DNA of 64,000 nt from Bacteroidota bacterium (GCA_019638695.1 JAHBTG010000002.1:14561-78560); one strand, 5' to 3'. Positions 19,001-28,103 are shown, counted from the first letter of the stretch. Notes: a model not told the origin generated them from the sequence alone. Numbers and translations: made by a program.

Positions 19001-21141
19001 TTTTTTGACTCCCTTTTAATCGTACCCTAGTGGAATTGAAACTAAAAACGTGCTCATAAAGAAGAGCGTCTTTTAATTCTTTTAATCGTACCCTAGTGGA
19101 ATTGAAACAACTATGGTTACATCCCCTATGACCAGCTGACGGTCCTTTTAATCGTACCCTAGTGGAATTGAAACGCTGTATGTAGTCTGCGTCACGCATT
19201 CACCAACAGGCTTTTAATCGTACCCTAGTGGAATTGAAACATAGTAACCCCGGCACTATCCTGCTGCCCGCCAACCCTTTTAATCGTACCCTAGTGGAAT
19301 TGAAACTGTTCGGTCATCCCCTCTGCAATGGCATCCGCTTCACTTTTAATCGTACCCTAGTGGAATTGAAACGTTTCAGGGTCACTTCGTTATTCATGCC
19401 CTTCAGGCTTTTAATCGTACCCTCGTGGAATTGAAACGCTGAAAGGCAAGGATATGGACCTGCTGGCCCAGACCTTTTAATCGTACCCTAGTGGAATTGA
19501 AACGCTCATGGCACAGCCGCAGCAGGCTGCGGACCAGGCCTTTTAATCGTACCCTAGTGGAATTGAAACCATAAAGACCCTTTGCTGGGCGCTTTTGTCT
19601 CACCGCTTTTAATCGTACCCTAGTGGAATTGAAACCCGTTTACCGCGCTTTGGCCGCCGTGCCGCCTGGGCTTTTAATCGTACCCTAGTGGAATTGAAAC
19701 TAAAAAAGGCCGGGGTGTTATCCCCGGCATGAATTACTTTTAATCGTACCCTAGTGGAATTGAAACCCATTTTCCTGCCCGGCGCCGCCGTGCGGGACAC
19801 CCCTTTTAATCGTACCCTAGTGGAATTGAAACTCGGTTTCTTCAACCCCTTCACCGCCTAGACACCACCTTTTAATCGTACCCTAGTGGAATTGAAACCC
19901 GCTACCTGCTGCGGCGGGTGGACGTGTACAAAGACTTTTAATCGTACCCTAGTGGAATTGAAACTAAGCAGATACCTAACAGGCGGAGCCGCCTTATAAC
20001 TTTTAATCGTACCCTAGTGGAATTGAAACGTTGAAGAAACGAAGGCGCAGATCAAAGCAAAGTACCTTTTAATCGTACCCTAGTGGAATTGAAACAACGA
20101 TTACTAACGTTACGCATGTAACCTTCGCTATCTTTTAATCGTACCCTAGTGGAATTGAAACCTGTTAAGGCGCAAGACCTCCTTGATCCGCCCGTTCCTT
20201 TTAATCGTACCCTAGTGGAATTGAAACCCATTACCCGGCGTGGTGAAATTCGCAACATCTACCTTTTAATCGTACCCTAGTGGAATTGAAACTAGTGTTT
20301 CGCCCTATCTGCCATTGAGCAGTATTGGCTTTTAATCGTACCCTAGTGGAATTGAAACTCTTTTTCACCGCCACCACGTGGATCCAGGCCCCGCTTTTAA
20401 TCGTACCCTAGTGGAATTGAAACGCGCGGTCAGCCAGGCCACCAGCTCCTGCAGGGCTTTTAATCGTACCCTAGTGGAATTGAAACCCGTGCGGGACACC
20501 CTCACCCTGTCTCACCTCATACTTTTAATCGTACCCTAGTGGAATTGAAACTCGAATTGCCAGGCGTTGACAAACACAAACGGCGATCTTTTAATCGTAC
20601 CCTAGTGGAATTGAAACAGTTTGGCATATCAATGAGAAATTAAGGGTGACACGCTTTTAATCGTACCCTAGTGGAATTGAAACAGCGTATTAAACGTACC
20701 ATTGAGAGATACAACGGCCTTTTAATCGTACCCTAGTGGAATTGAAACCCATTGCCGGGCGTCGTAAAATTAGCAACATCAACCTTTTAATCGTACCCTA
20801 GTGGAATTGAAACCAGGATCTCCATGCCCTGGCGGTCCGGCAACAGCCCTTTTAATCGTACCCTAGTGGAATTGAAACGCGATACAATACCTTCCTAGGT
20901 ATCACACCGTACTTCTTTTAATCGTACCCTAGTGGAATTGAAACCTTTATTTGTCTGTCCGGCGGGGTCCTTTTTATTACTTTTAATCGTACCCTAGTGG
21001 AATTGAAACACAATGAAACGTTTTGTAGTTATTTGTCTTGTTTTTCTTTTAATCGTACCCTAGTGGAATTGAAACAAGAAGATCTCGTTCGCCTGCTTCA
21101 CGACGATGGTTCTGTTAATCGCACCCTAAGGGAGTTAAGAC
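13098..21141 (+). CRISPR. CRISPR array: 123 x 30-bp repeat CTTTTAATCGTACCCTAGTGGAATTGAAAC, 122 spacers (33-38 bp, mean about 35.7)
   Basis: Repeats counted line by line. First repeat 13098-13127, last intact repeat 21046-21075, degenerate terminal repeat 21112-21141. The repeat 3' end ATTGAAAC on the + strand gives the orientation. Confidence 0.98.
21112..21141 (+). repeat. degenerate terminal CRISPR repeat (CTGTTAATCGCACCCTAAGGGAGTTAAGAC; 7/30 mismatches)
   Basis: Aligned by eye to the consensus. Lies one 36-nt spacer after the last intact repeat. Confidence 0.85.
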
Positions 21142-21142
21142 T

Positions 21143-24100
21143 TTAGGATGTCACCTGCTTCTTGCGGTAGAACCACTTGAACAAAATGGGAAACACCAGT
21201 AAGGTAAGCACCGTGGCACTCATCAGCCCGCCGATCACCACACGTGCCAGGGGACGCTGTGTTTCGGAACCGATACCGGTAGAAATTGCGGCAGGGATCA
21301 GCCCTATGGCAGCCATAAGCGCCGTCATCACCACAGGTCTTACCCGGGAAGCTACGCCTTCAAACACAGCCTGTTCCAGGGGCATGCGTGCCTGCAGGTT
21401 TTGCTTGAAGACGGACAGCAGGATCACGCCATTCTGCACGCAAATCCCAAACAGGGCAATAAAACCGATACCTGCGGAAATGCCAAAAGTGGTATTGGTC
21501 AGCAACAGGGCATAAATGCCCCCGATCAATGCAAATGGCAGGGTAAGTAACACCAACCCCGCATCCTTGAGATTGCCAAATGCGGAGAAAAGTATCAGGA
21601 AAATAAGCAATATGGTAACGGGCACCACTTGCTGCAAGCGTCCGGATGCCCTCACCATATTCTCAAATTCACCGCGCCATTCCATTCGATACCCTTTGGG
21701 GAGCTTTACCTGGGCATGCACTTTGTGCTGCGCATCGGCAATCGTACTGCCCAGGTCTCGGCCACGCACAGAGAACTTTACGCCGATAAACCGCTGGTTG
21801 CTTTCTCTATAGATAAATGCCGGCCCCGTGAGAAATCCTATGTTGGCCACCTGTTTGAGCGGCACCTTATAGCTGTGCATCGTAGGCACCAAGATTTCGC
21901 CGATCTCTTTCTCCGTATGCCTGAACTCATGGCTATAGCGAATGGTCACATCAAATTTCCTTTCTCCTTCATACAGCTGGGTCACGGATTTACCCCCCAC
22001 GGCGGTCTCAATAACCGCCTGGGCATCTGATATGGTCACCCCATAGACAGCCATCTTGCGCTCGTCGAGTTCTATGCGCAGTTCGGGCTGCCCCAGGTTC
22101 TGCAACAGGCCGATATCCCTGACCCCGTCTATAGGCTCTATGATCTGAAGTGTTTGCAGGGCAAGACTTTGCAGGGTCTCAAAATCTGGCCCGTAGATCT
22201 TGACGGCATTGTTTGCTTTAAGCCCGGCCACAGCCTCCTGCACATTGTCTATGATGGGCTGGGAATAGTTATACTCTATGCCGGGAAACTGCTGCAGGCG
22301 GGCATCCATCTCTTCCACCAGGTGATCCATGGATATCTTTCGCTTCCAGGCGCTTTCAGGCTTCAGGTTCACCTGAAACTGCTGGTAATAATAGCCCGAG
22401 GGGTCTGTGCCGTCATTGGATCGCCCGGTTTGCGAAAGCACTTCCTCTACCTCGTCAAACGACTGGAGAACATTGCGTATGCGGTTGGCCATAGCGACAG
22501 ACTCCGTAAGCGAAGCGCTCATGGGCAGCTTGGCGCCCACCCACAGCGCGCCTTCGTTCAACTGGGGCAGGAACTCCGTGCCCATCCGGGTAAAAGCAAA
22601 CAGGCTGCTGGCCAGCAACGCCAGAGCCACGCAGAAAGAAAGCAAAGGCCGGCGGTTCGTCCGGGTATAGGCTCGCATGGTATTTCGCTGCAACCATATG
22701 ACCAGCGGGTTCTTACGTTCGCGCACATTGCGGTTGAGCAGTAAACTGGCCAATGCAGGCACCAGCGTGAGGGTGAAGAGCAGAGCCCCCAATAAGGCAA
22801 AACCGAGGGTCCAGGCCAGGGGCGCAAACATTTTACCTTCCACCTTCTCAAAGGCAAAGATGGGCAGCAGCGCAGTGATGATGATCAGCTTGGAAAAGAA
22901 GATGTTGCGGGCCATGCGCTCGCTGGTCTCGGCGATCAGCCGCCGCTTGGCCAGGCGGTTAAACACCGGCATTCCCAGCTTGTGCGCCTGGTGGTCCAGC
23001 GCCACAAACAACCCTTCTACCATTACCACGGCACCGTCTATGATGATCCCAAAGTCCACGGCACCCAACGACAGGAGGTTGGCGCTCATGCCCATAAAGC
23101 GCAGGCAAATAAATGCAAACAGCAGGGACAGCGGTATGATAATGCCTACCAGCAAAGTAGTGCGCAGATCTGCCATAAAAAGAAACACCACCAGGGTAAC
23201 CAGCACAATACCCTCCACCAGGTTATGCATCACGGTATCAGTGCACAGGTTAATGAGTTTCTCCCGGTCATAGAAAGGATTGATGCGCACATCTCGCGGC
23301 AATACCTGGGTTTCGATCTCTGCTATCTTGGCTTTCACCCGCGCCAGCACCTCACTGGGGTTTTCGCCCTTGCGCATCACCACAATGCCCTCTACTACAT
23401 CCGGGTGCTGGTTGCGGCCGGCCTGCCCCACTCTGGGCGCGCCGGTGGTCACCACCTTGCCTACGTTGCGCACATATACCGGCATCTCTTCCCGAGAGCT
23501 GATGAGAATATCCTCTATGTCCTGTATAGAGTTGAGCAGCCCGATACCTCTGACCACAAATGCCTGGCTGTTCTTCTCTATCACATTACCCCCCACATTC
23601 AGGTTACTGTTGGCCAGGGCATTGCGCACATCCAGCGGAGAGAGGTTATAACGCGCCAGCAGCAGCGGGTTCAGTTGTATCTCATAGATCTTTTGTTCTC
23701 CTCCAAACACCACGATATCCGCTACTCCGGGCACGCTGCGCAACTGCCGGTCTACTACCCAGTTCTGTAGCTCCAGCAACTCCCGGCTGGTGCGGGCATC
23801 GCTCTCCAGGGTATAACGGAAGATCTCTCCCGTAGGGCCGTAAGCGGGTTGTATCTCTGCATCCGCGCCTTCAGGCAGGCTGACGGTAGCCAGCAGGTTG
23901 TTGACCTGCTGGCGGGCGAAGAAGTCCTCCACCCCGTCTTCAAAGATGATGGTGGTCACCCCCAGGCCAAACATAGAGGCAGACCGCACATTGAGCTTGC
24001 GCTGCAAGCTGTTCATGGCTATTTCAATGGGTATGGTCACAAAGCGCTCCACTTCTTCCACGCTGCGCCCCTTCCATTGGCTGACAATGATGATCTGGGT

Positions 24101-24241
24101 ATTGGTGACATCCGGAAACGCCTCAATGGGTGTTTTGAGGAAGCTGTAGACCCCATAGCCCGTCATCAGCAACGCGGCCCCAAATACAAAGTTTCGCTGG
24201 CGCACAGAGAAGCGCAGCAGTGCCCTTATCCACTTACTCAT
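21143..24241 (-). CDS. CusA/CzcA-family heavy-metal-type RND efflux pump
   Basis: 1032 aa. The N-terminus ...TPIEAFPDVTNTQIIIVSQWKGRSVEEVERFVTIPIE is typical of the HME-RND family. 12-TM architecture. Operon with adaptor and OMF genes. Confidence 0.88.
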   Translation of the reverse strand: MSKWIRALLRFSVRQRNFVFGAALLMTGYGVYSFLKTPIEAFPDVTNTQIIIVSQWKGRSVEEVERFVTIPIEIAMNSLQRKLNVRSASMFGLGVTTIIFEDGVEDFFARQQVNNLLATVSLPEGADAEIQPAYGPTGEIFRYTLESDARTSRELLELQNWVVDRQLRSVPGVADIVVFGGEQKIYEIQLNPLLLARYNLSPLDVRNALANSNLNVGGNVIEKNSQAFVVRGIGLLNSIQDIEDILISSREEMPVYVRNVGKVVTTGAPRVGQAGRNQHPDVVEGIVVMRKGENPSEVLARVKAKIAEIETQVLPRDVRINPFYDREKLINLCTDTVMHNLVEGIVLVTLVVFLFMADLRTTLLVGIIIPLSLLFAFICLRFMGMSANLLSLGAVDFGIIIDGAVVMVEGLFVALDHQAHKLGMPVFNRLAKRRLIAETSERMARNIFFSKLIIITALLPIFAFEKVEGKMFAPLAWTLGFALLGALLFTLTLVPALASLLLNRNVRERKNPLVIWLQRNTMRAYTRTNRRPLLSFCVALALLASSLFAFTRMGTEFLPQLNEGALWVGAKLPMSASLTESVAMANRIRNVLQSFDEVEEVLSQTGRSNDGTDPSGYYYQQFQVNLKPESAWKRKISMDHLVEEMDARLQQFPGIEYNYSQPIIDNVQEAVAGLKANNAVKIYGPDFETLQSLALQTLQIIEPIDGVRDIGLLQNLGQPELRIELDERKMAVYGVTISDAQAVIETAVGGKSVTQLYEGERKFDVTIRYSHEFRHTEKEIGEILVPTMHSYKVPLKQVANIGFLTGPAFIYRESNQRFIGVKFSVRGRDLGSTIADAQHKVHAQVKLPKGYRMEWRGEFENMVRASGRLQQVVPVTILLIFLILFSAFGNLKDAGLVLLTLPFALIGGIYALLLTNTTFGISAGIGFIALFGICVQNGVILLSVFKQNLQARMPLEQAVFEGVASRVRPVVMTALMAAIGLIPAAISTGIGSETQRPLARVVIGGLMSATVLTLLVFPILFKWFYRKKQVTS

Positions 24242-24246
24242 GGCAG

Positions 24247-25350
24247 TTACTGGTTTTTGGTAAGTGCATCAAACAACAACAACTGGTGGCGGCAGACTAC
24301 CTGGTCATCAGGCTTCAGCCCCCTGTCCAGGAAAACGGTACTGGTAGTAGAACCGGCCACCTTCACCTCCCGCACCTCAGCTTTGCAAGGGTCTGCCATG
24401 CGGATGACGTAATAATGGTTATCGTTAAAGATCAGGCTTTGAGCAGCTACGGCCACTTTCTGCCCACCCCCACCGGGGTATTGCACCAATAGGGTGGCAA
24501 ACATGCGGGGTTTCAGCTTACCTCCCGGGTTATGGAGAGTTACCCGCACCTTCATAGCCTGCGTATTGGGGTCTATGGCGCTCAGCACCTTGTCTATAGT
24601 GCCCCTGAATATCTCGTTGGGATAAGATATCGTCTGCACCTGCACAGGTATCCCCGTGCGCATATGGGCAATGTCCGTTTCATATACATTGGCCACCACC
24701 CATAGCTCTGAGATATCTGCTACCACAAACATGGGCTCAGGGTCAGATGCCCGCACCTGCATCCCCTCGGCAATATTCTTTTCGATCAGGTGCCCGCTAA
24801 AGGGGGCCGTAATCACCTGGCGGGAACCGGAGCCGGAGGCGCTGTAGATACCCATTTGCTCGCGAATGCGCTTGACTTCTTGCTGGGCGCTCTCCAGATC
24901 TCGCTGGGCAGAGGCCACCTCTACCTGAGAACTGAGTCGCGACTGAAAGAGCTCTTCGGCACGGGCAAGGTTTCGTTCGGCCAGGCGCACATTGGCCTGG
25001 GCCGTGGCCAGCCCGGCTTCCAGCTCGGCAATCTCACCGCTATGAATGACGGCCAATACTTGCCCCCGCTGCACATAGTCGCCCAGCTCCACACGCACAT
25101 CCTGCACATTCCCGGTAACAAGCGCAAAGATCTTGGCCACTTTGTTCTCATTGGCCTCTATGGTGCCATTGAGCTTGATCTCTTCCTGCACCGGAGCCAT
25201 ACGTGCCGTGTCCAGGCGAATCAGCTGCCGCATACTGTCTGATAGGCACTGGGTGGCATGCTCCTCGGCCTGTGCACCCGGCTCCCGCTGGCAGGCTGCC
25301 AGCAGGATTGCAATTACCAGCAGCCCGGTGATAGGGATAACTGTTTTCAT
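24247..25350 (-). CDS. RND efflux periplasmic adaptor (MFP/HlyD family)
   Basis: 367 aa. Lipoprotein-type signal (AILLAAC). Has a coiled-coil hairpin region. Lies between the OMF and RND genes. Confidence 0.85.
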   Translation of the reverse strand: MKTVIPITGLLVIAILLAACQREPGAQAEEHATQCLSDSMRQLIRLDTARMAPVQEEIKLNGTIEANENKVAKIFALVTGNVQDVRVELGDYVQRGQVLAVIHSGEIAELEAGLATAQANVRLAERNLARAEELFQSRLSSQVEVASAQRDLESAQQEVKRIREQMGIYSASGSGSRQVITAPFSGHLIEKNIAEGMQVRASDPEPMFVVADISELWVVANVYETDIAHMRTGIPVQVQTISYPNEIFRGTIDKVLSAIDPNTQAMKVRVTLHNPGGKLKPRMFATLLVQYPGGGGQKVAVAAQSLIFNDNHYYVIRMADPCKAEVREVKVAGSTTSTVFLDRGLKPDDQVVCRHQLLLFDALTKNQ

Positions 25351-25356
25351 GGTTCC

Positions 25357-26646
25357 TTAAAAGATAAATGTGCCGATAGCGTAATTGAGGTTTTCTATGG
25401 CCTGCAGATACATCAGGGACATCTCCAGGTACTGTATCTGGGTATCGCTATAGCTGCCGTAATAGTCTACAAACTGCAGCAGGCCCAGGTTACCCTTCTG
25501 GAAGTTATCCAGCAGGATATCCAGCATGGTTTCGTATTCATCGAGCCGGGTATGGGAGAGATACCGGTTGATAACTCTCCAGTAGCTCATAGACTGTTCA
25601 TAGGCGATCTGCACCTCTGCCTGCACCTGGTTTTGCTGAAAGGCGGCCAGCTGCCCGGCCTGGCGGGTGGCCACCTGCGCCTGCTGAATAGCACCCTGGT
25701 TTCTATGAAAGAGCGGGAGGTCTATGGCCACCGTCAGGGCATTATAGTTTTGCCATGCGCTGCCATTGCGGTCAAAGGTATAACCCAGGTACAGGTCCGG
25801 CACGGCCATTGCTTTTTGCAGGCGCAGGTTCTGGCGGGCCCTCTCCATGTGCCAGCCTGCCAGCCTGAGGTCCTGCCGGTTTTCATCTGCCAGGAGCAGC
25901 AGCTCAGCCAGTCCCGGCGGGTTCCATTGCCGTTTGACATCGGGCTCTGCCAGCTCCGGCAGGCTGTCCAGTGGGAGCAGTAACAACAAGGCCAGTTGCT
26001 GGCGGCTCTGCTGCAGCTCCAGCTTCAGCTCTGCCCTGCGTTGCATAAGATCCAGCTGCAACACTTCTATGCGGGTGACTTCGGTAGTAGGGATATTGCC
26101 ATTGGCTGCCTGCTGGCGCATGCGCTGCAACAGGGTGTCCAGCTCCTCTACCCGCATCTGGTAAATAGAGGCTTGCCGGTTGCTGTAATAATACCTGAGA
26201 TAGCTGCTCCTCAGATCATAAGCAAGGTCCCGCAGCAACTGGTAATATTCGGCCTCTGCCATATGCACACCTGACTGTGCAAGCGTAATTCTTTTGCCCC
26301 GCTTGGCAGCCAGCTGCAACTGCTGCTCCAGCCGGAAGGTATACTGCGCCGATGCCGAGACGTCCAGCGGGTGCTTGTTAACGGGGTTGTACAGGTTGTG
26401 TTCCACGCTGAGGACGGGGTTGGGTAAGAGGCGGGCCTGCACCACCTCAGCCTCTGCCTGCTGTATATTACCCCGGGCCACCAGCAGTTGCAGGTTGGTT
26501 TGCTTCAGGCGCTCCTCGGCCTCTGCCAGTGACATCTGCGGTTTCTGGGCATGCAGCCAATGACTGCACAGCAACCAAACCAGCACACCTATGATTTTGT
26601 ACCGGAGCCGGATAGCTGGCAGGGGCTGTACAATATCTTTACGCAT
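25357..26646 (-). CDS. TolC-family outer-membrane efflux protein
   Basis: About 430 aa with a signal peptide (...LLCSHWLHAQ) and OMF-type repeats. The ORF could start as far up as 26679. Confidence 0.8.
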   Translation of the reverse strand: MRKDIVQPLPAIRLRYKIIGVLVWLLCSHWLHAQKPQMSLAEAEERLKQTNLQLLVARGNIQQAEAEVVQARLLPNPVLSVEHNLYNPVNKHPLDVSASAQYTFRLEQQLQLAAKRGKRITLAQSGVHMAEAEYYQLLRDLAYDLRSSYLRYYYSNRQASIYQMRVEELDTLLQRMRQQAANGNIPTTEVTRIEVLQLDLMQRRAELKLELQQSRQQLALLLLLPLDSLPELAEPDVKRQWNPPGLAELLLLADENRQDLRLAGWHMERARQNLRLQKAMAVPDLYLGYTFDRNGSAWQNYNALTVAIDLPLFHRNQGAIQQAQVATRQAGQLAAFQQNQVQAEVQIAYEQSMSYWRVINRYLSHTRLDEYETMLDILLDNFQKGNLGLLQFVDYYGSYSDTQIQYLEMSLMYLQAIENLNYAIGTFIF

Positions 26647-26744
26647 GGACAACTGACATTCTTCTATATCAGTGTGCAAAGCTCCGCAAGGCGCATTAGA
26701 GGCCTATTAGAAAGAGATTAGAAACCCATTAGAATCGAGAGATT

Positions 26745-28103
26745 CTATATATTTTCCTGCTGAACGGGCAAAAGCAGGGTAGCCACGGTACCACCGGTAG
26801 CCGCAGCAGCCACTTGCAAAGAGCCTTTGTGAAAAAGCGCAATCTTCCTGGCAAGCGCCAGCCCCAGGCCAGATCCTTTATAGGCACGCACATTGGTAGC
26901 TCTGTAAAAGGGTTCGCCCACGTGTTTCAATTCTGCACCGGGTATACCCTCTCCATCATCTTGTATGGCAATGTGTACCCAGCCGGCATCCCGGAATACG
27001 GATACCTGTACCGGGCCATTCGCTGCAAACTTGCAGGCATTATCCAGGAGGTTATGGAGGGCCACCTGCAAGAGGCCCCAGTTGCCGCATATGCTGGGCA
27101 CGGGGTGACGAATGTCCAGGTTCACCCGGTTCTGCGGATAATGCCTGTCCAGGTTTGCTTTGACTACAGTGAGCAGGGCTTCTACAGGGACAGGCTCCAT
27201 ATGCGTGCTTTCTGCGGCAAATCCCGTTTGCGAGAGTAGTAAAAGGCTTTGCAAAATGCTGTCCAGGCGCTCGGCCTCCCGTCCTATGGTCTGCAAGGAT
27301 TCCAGGTAGGCTTCTATAGTGCGGGGTTTGTTCAGTGCATACTCGGCCTCTCCCATAATGACGGTGAGTGGCGTATTGAGCTCATGTGAAGCATTGTTTA
27401 CAAAATAGGCTTGCAACTCAAAGGTATGTGCCAGGCGTTCCAGCATGTCGTTAAAGGTACGGGCCAGTTCTGCCAGTTCATCCTTGCCATTGCCGGTAGG
27501 CAGGCGCTGGTGCAATTGGTTGGCGCCAATACTGCGGGCCTGGTTGCTGATCTGCGAGATGGGTTTTAGCATCTGTCCTGCATAATACCGGCTCAGGAGA
27601 TAGATGATCCCCAGGCCGGACACATAGGCAATGATGATCAGGTTCATGAGAAAGTTCAGCTTCGATTGCCCAAAACTGTCTTCGGCCGAAACCACCACAA
27701 TAAAGTCTCCCTGGTTGTCCTCGTATTTGAGTGCGGAATAGTATACTCCGTCGTCTGTTTTCAGGTGGCCTTTGCCTTCCGTCAGCACTTCTGCCAATAA
27801 CTGCGTGTTTTGCAAGACAGATAACGGACTCTCATGCAGGGGCGCATTCACCGGAACCAACCACTCCTGCTCTTTGGGCAGCTTTTGAAAGTGCTTGTTC
27901 AGCAGTCTTTCATACACACTGGCGCTCAGTTCGTCTTTCTCCAGCCGGGACTGTGCAACGATACGCGCACGTTCTTCGAGCCGCTCAAAGAACTCATATT
28001 CAAAATACTGCACAGTGAAGACATACGTAAACGCCAGTACCCCCAGCAGCAGAATACCGGAGAGCAGGGTAAACCGCAGCGCCAGTTTATTACGTATCTT
28101 CAT
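26745..28103 (-). CDS. sensor histidine kinase (paralogue of 2353-3732)
   Basis: Two TM segments plus HAMP. H-box NASHELNTPL. Boxes LLDNACKF, DDGEGIP, GSGLGLAL. Confidence 0.9.
   Translation of the reverse strand: MKIRNKLALRFTLLSGILLLGVLAFTYVFTVQYFEYEFFERLEERARIVAQSRLEKDELSASVYERLLNKHFQKLPKEQEWLVPVNAPLHESPLSVLQNTQLLAEVLTEGKGHLKTDDGVYYSALKYEDNQGDFIVVVSAEDSFGQSKLNFLMNLIIIAYVSGLGIIYLLSRYYAGQMLKPISQISNQARSIGANQLHQRLPTGNGKDELAELARTFNDMLERLAHTFELQAYFVNNASHELNTPLTVIMGEAEYALNKPRTIEAYLESLQTIGREAERLDSILQSLLLLSQTGFAAESTHMEPVPVEALLTVVKANLDRHYPQNRVNLDIRHPVPSICGNWGLLQVALHNLLDNACKFAANGPVQVSVFRDAGWVHIAIQDDGEGIPGAELKHVGEPFYRATNVRAYKGSGLGLALARKIALFHKGSLQVAAAATGGTVATLLLPVQQENI

Noticed and set aside
14088-20258. 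About 20 track ORFs inside the array, containing reiterated FNRTLVELK (plus strand) or FNSTRVRLK (minus strand) peptides
   Set aside because: These are translations of the 30-bp CRISPR repeat at the ~66-nt (22-codon) period. They are artefacts of the array, not genes.
13128-21111. Scanned by eye for spacers matching elsewhere in this window (self-targeting)
   Set aside because: None noticed, but a manual scan is not exhaustive. This needs a BLAST of all spacers against the full genome.
4416-21141. Considered calling the CRISPR-Cas block a mobile genomic island, or a type I-C, I-G or III system
   Set aside because: No integrase, transposase, tRNA or flanking direct repeats are visible, so mobility is unsupported. 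A Cas6 gene, separate cas4 and cas1, an HD-Cas3 and the absence of cas10/csm/cmr genes argue against I-C, I-G and III.
21142-21400. Looked for further decayed repeats beyond the terminal degenerate repeat, inside the czcA-like 3' end
   Set aside because: Nothing resembling the repeat appears at the expected ~66-nt spacing. The sequence is ordinary coding sequence.
22154-23770. Several 190-260-aa plus-strand ORFs inside the czcA-like gene
   Set aside because: They are antisense to a 1032-aa RND pump with a family-typical sequence along its whole length.
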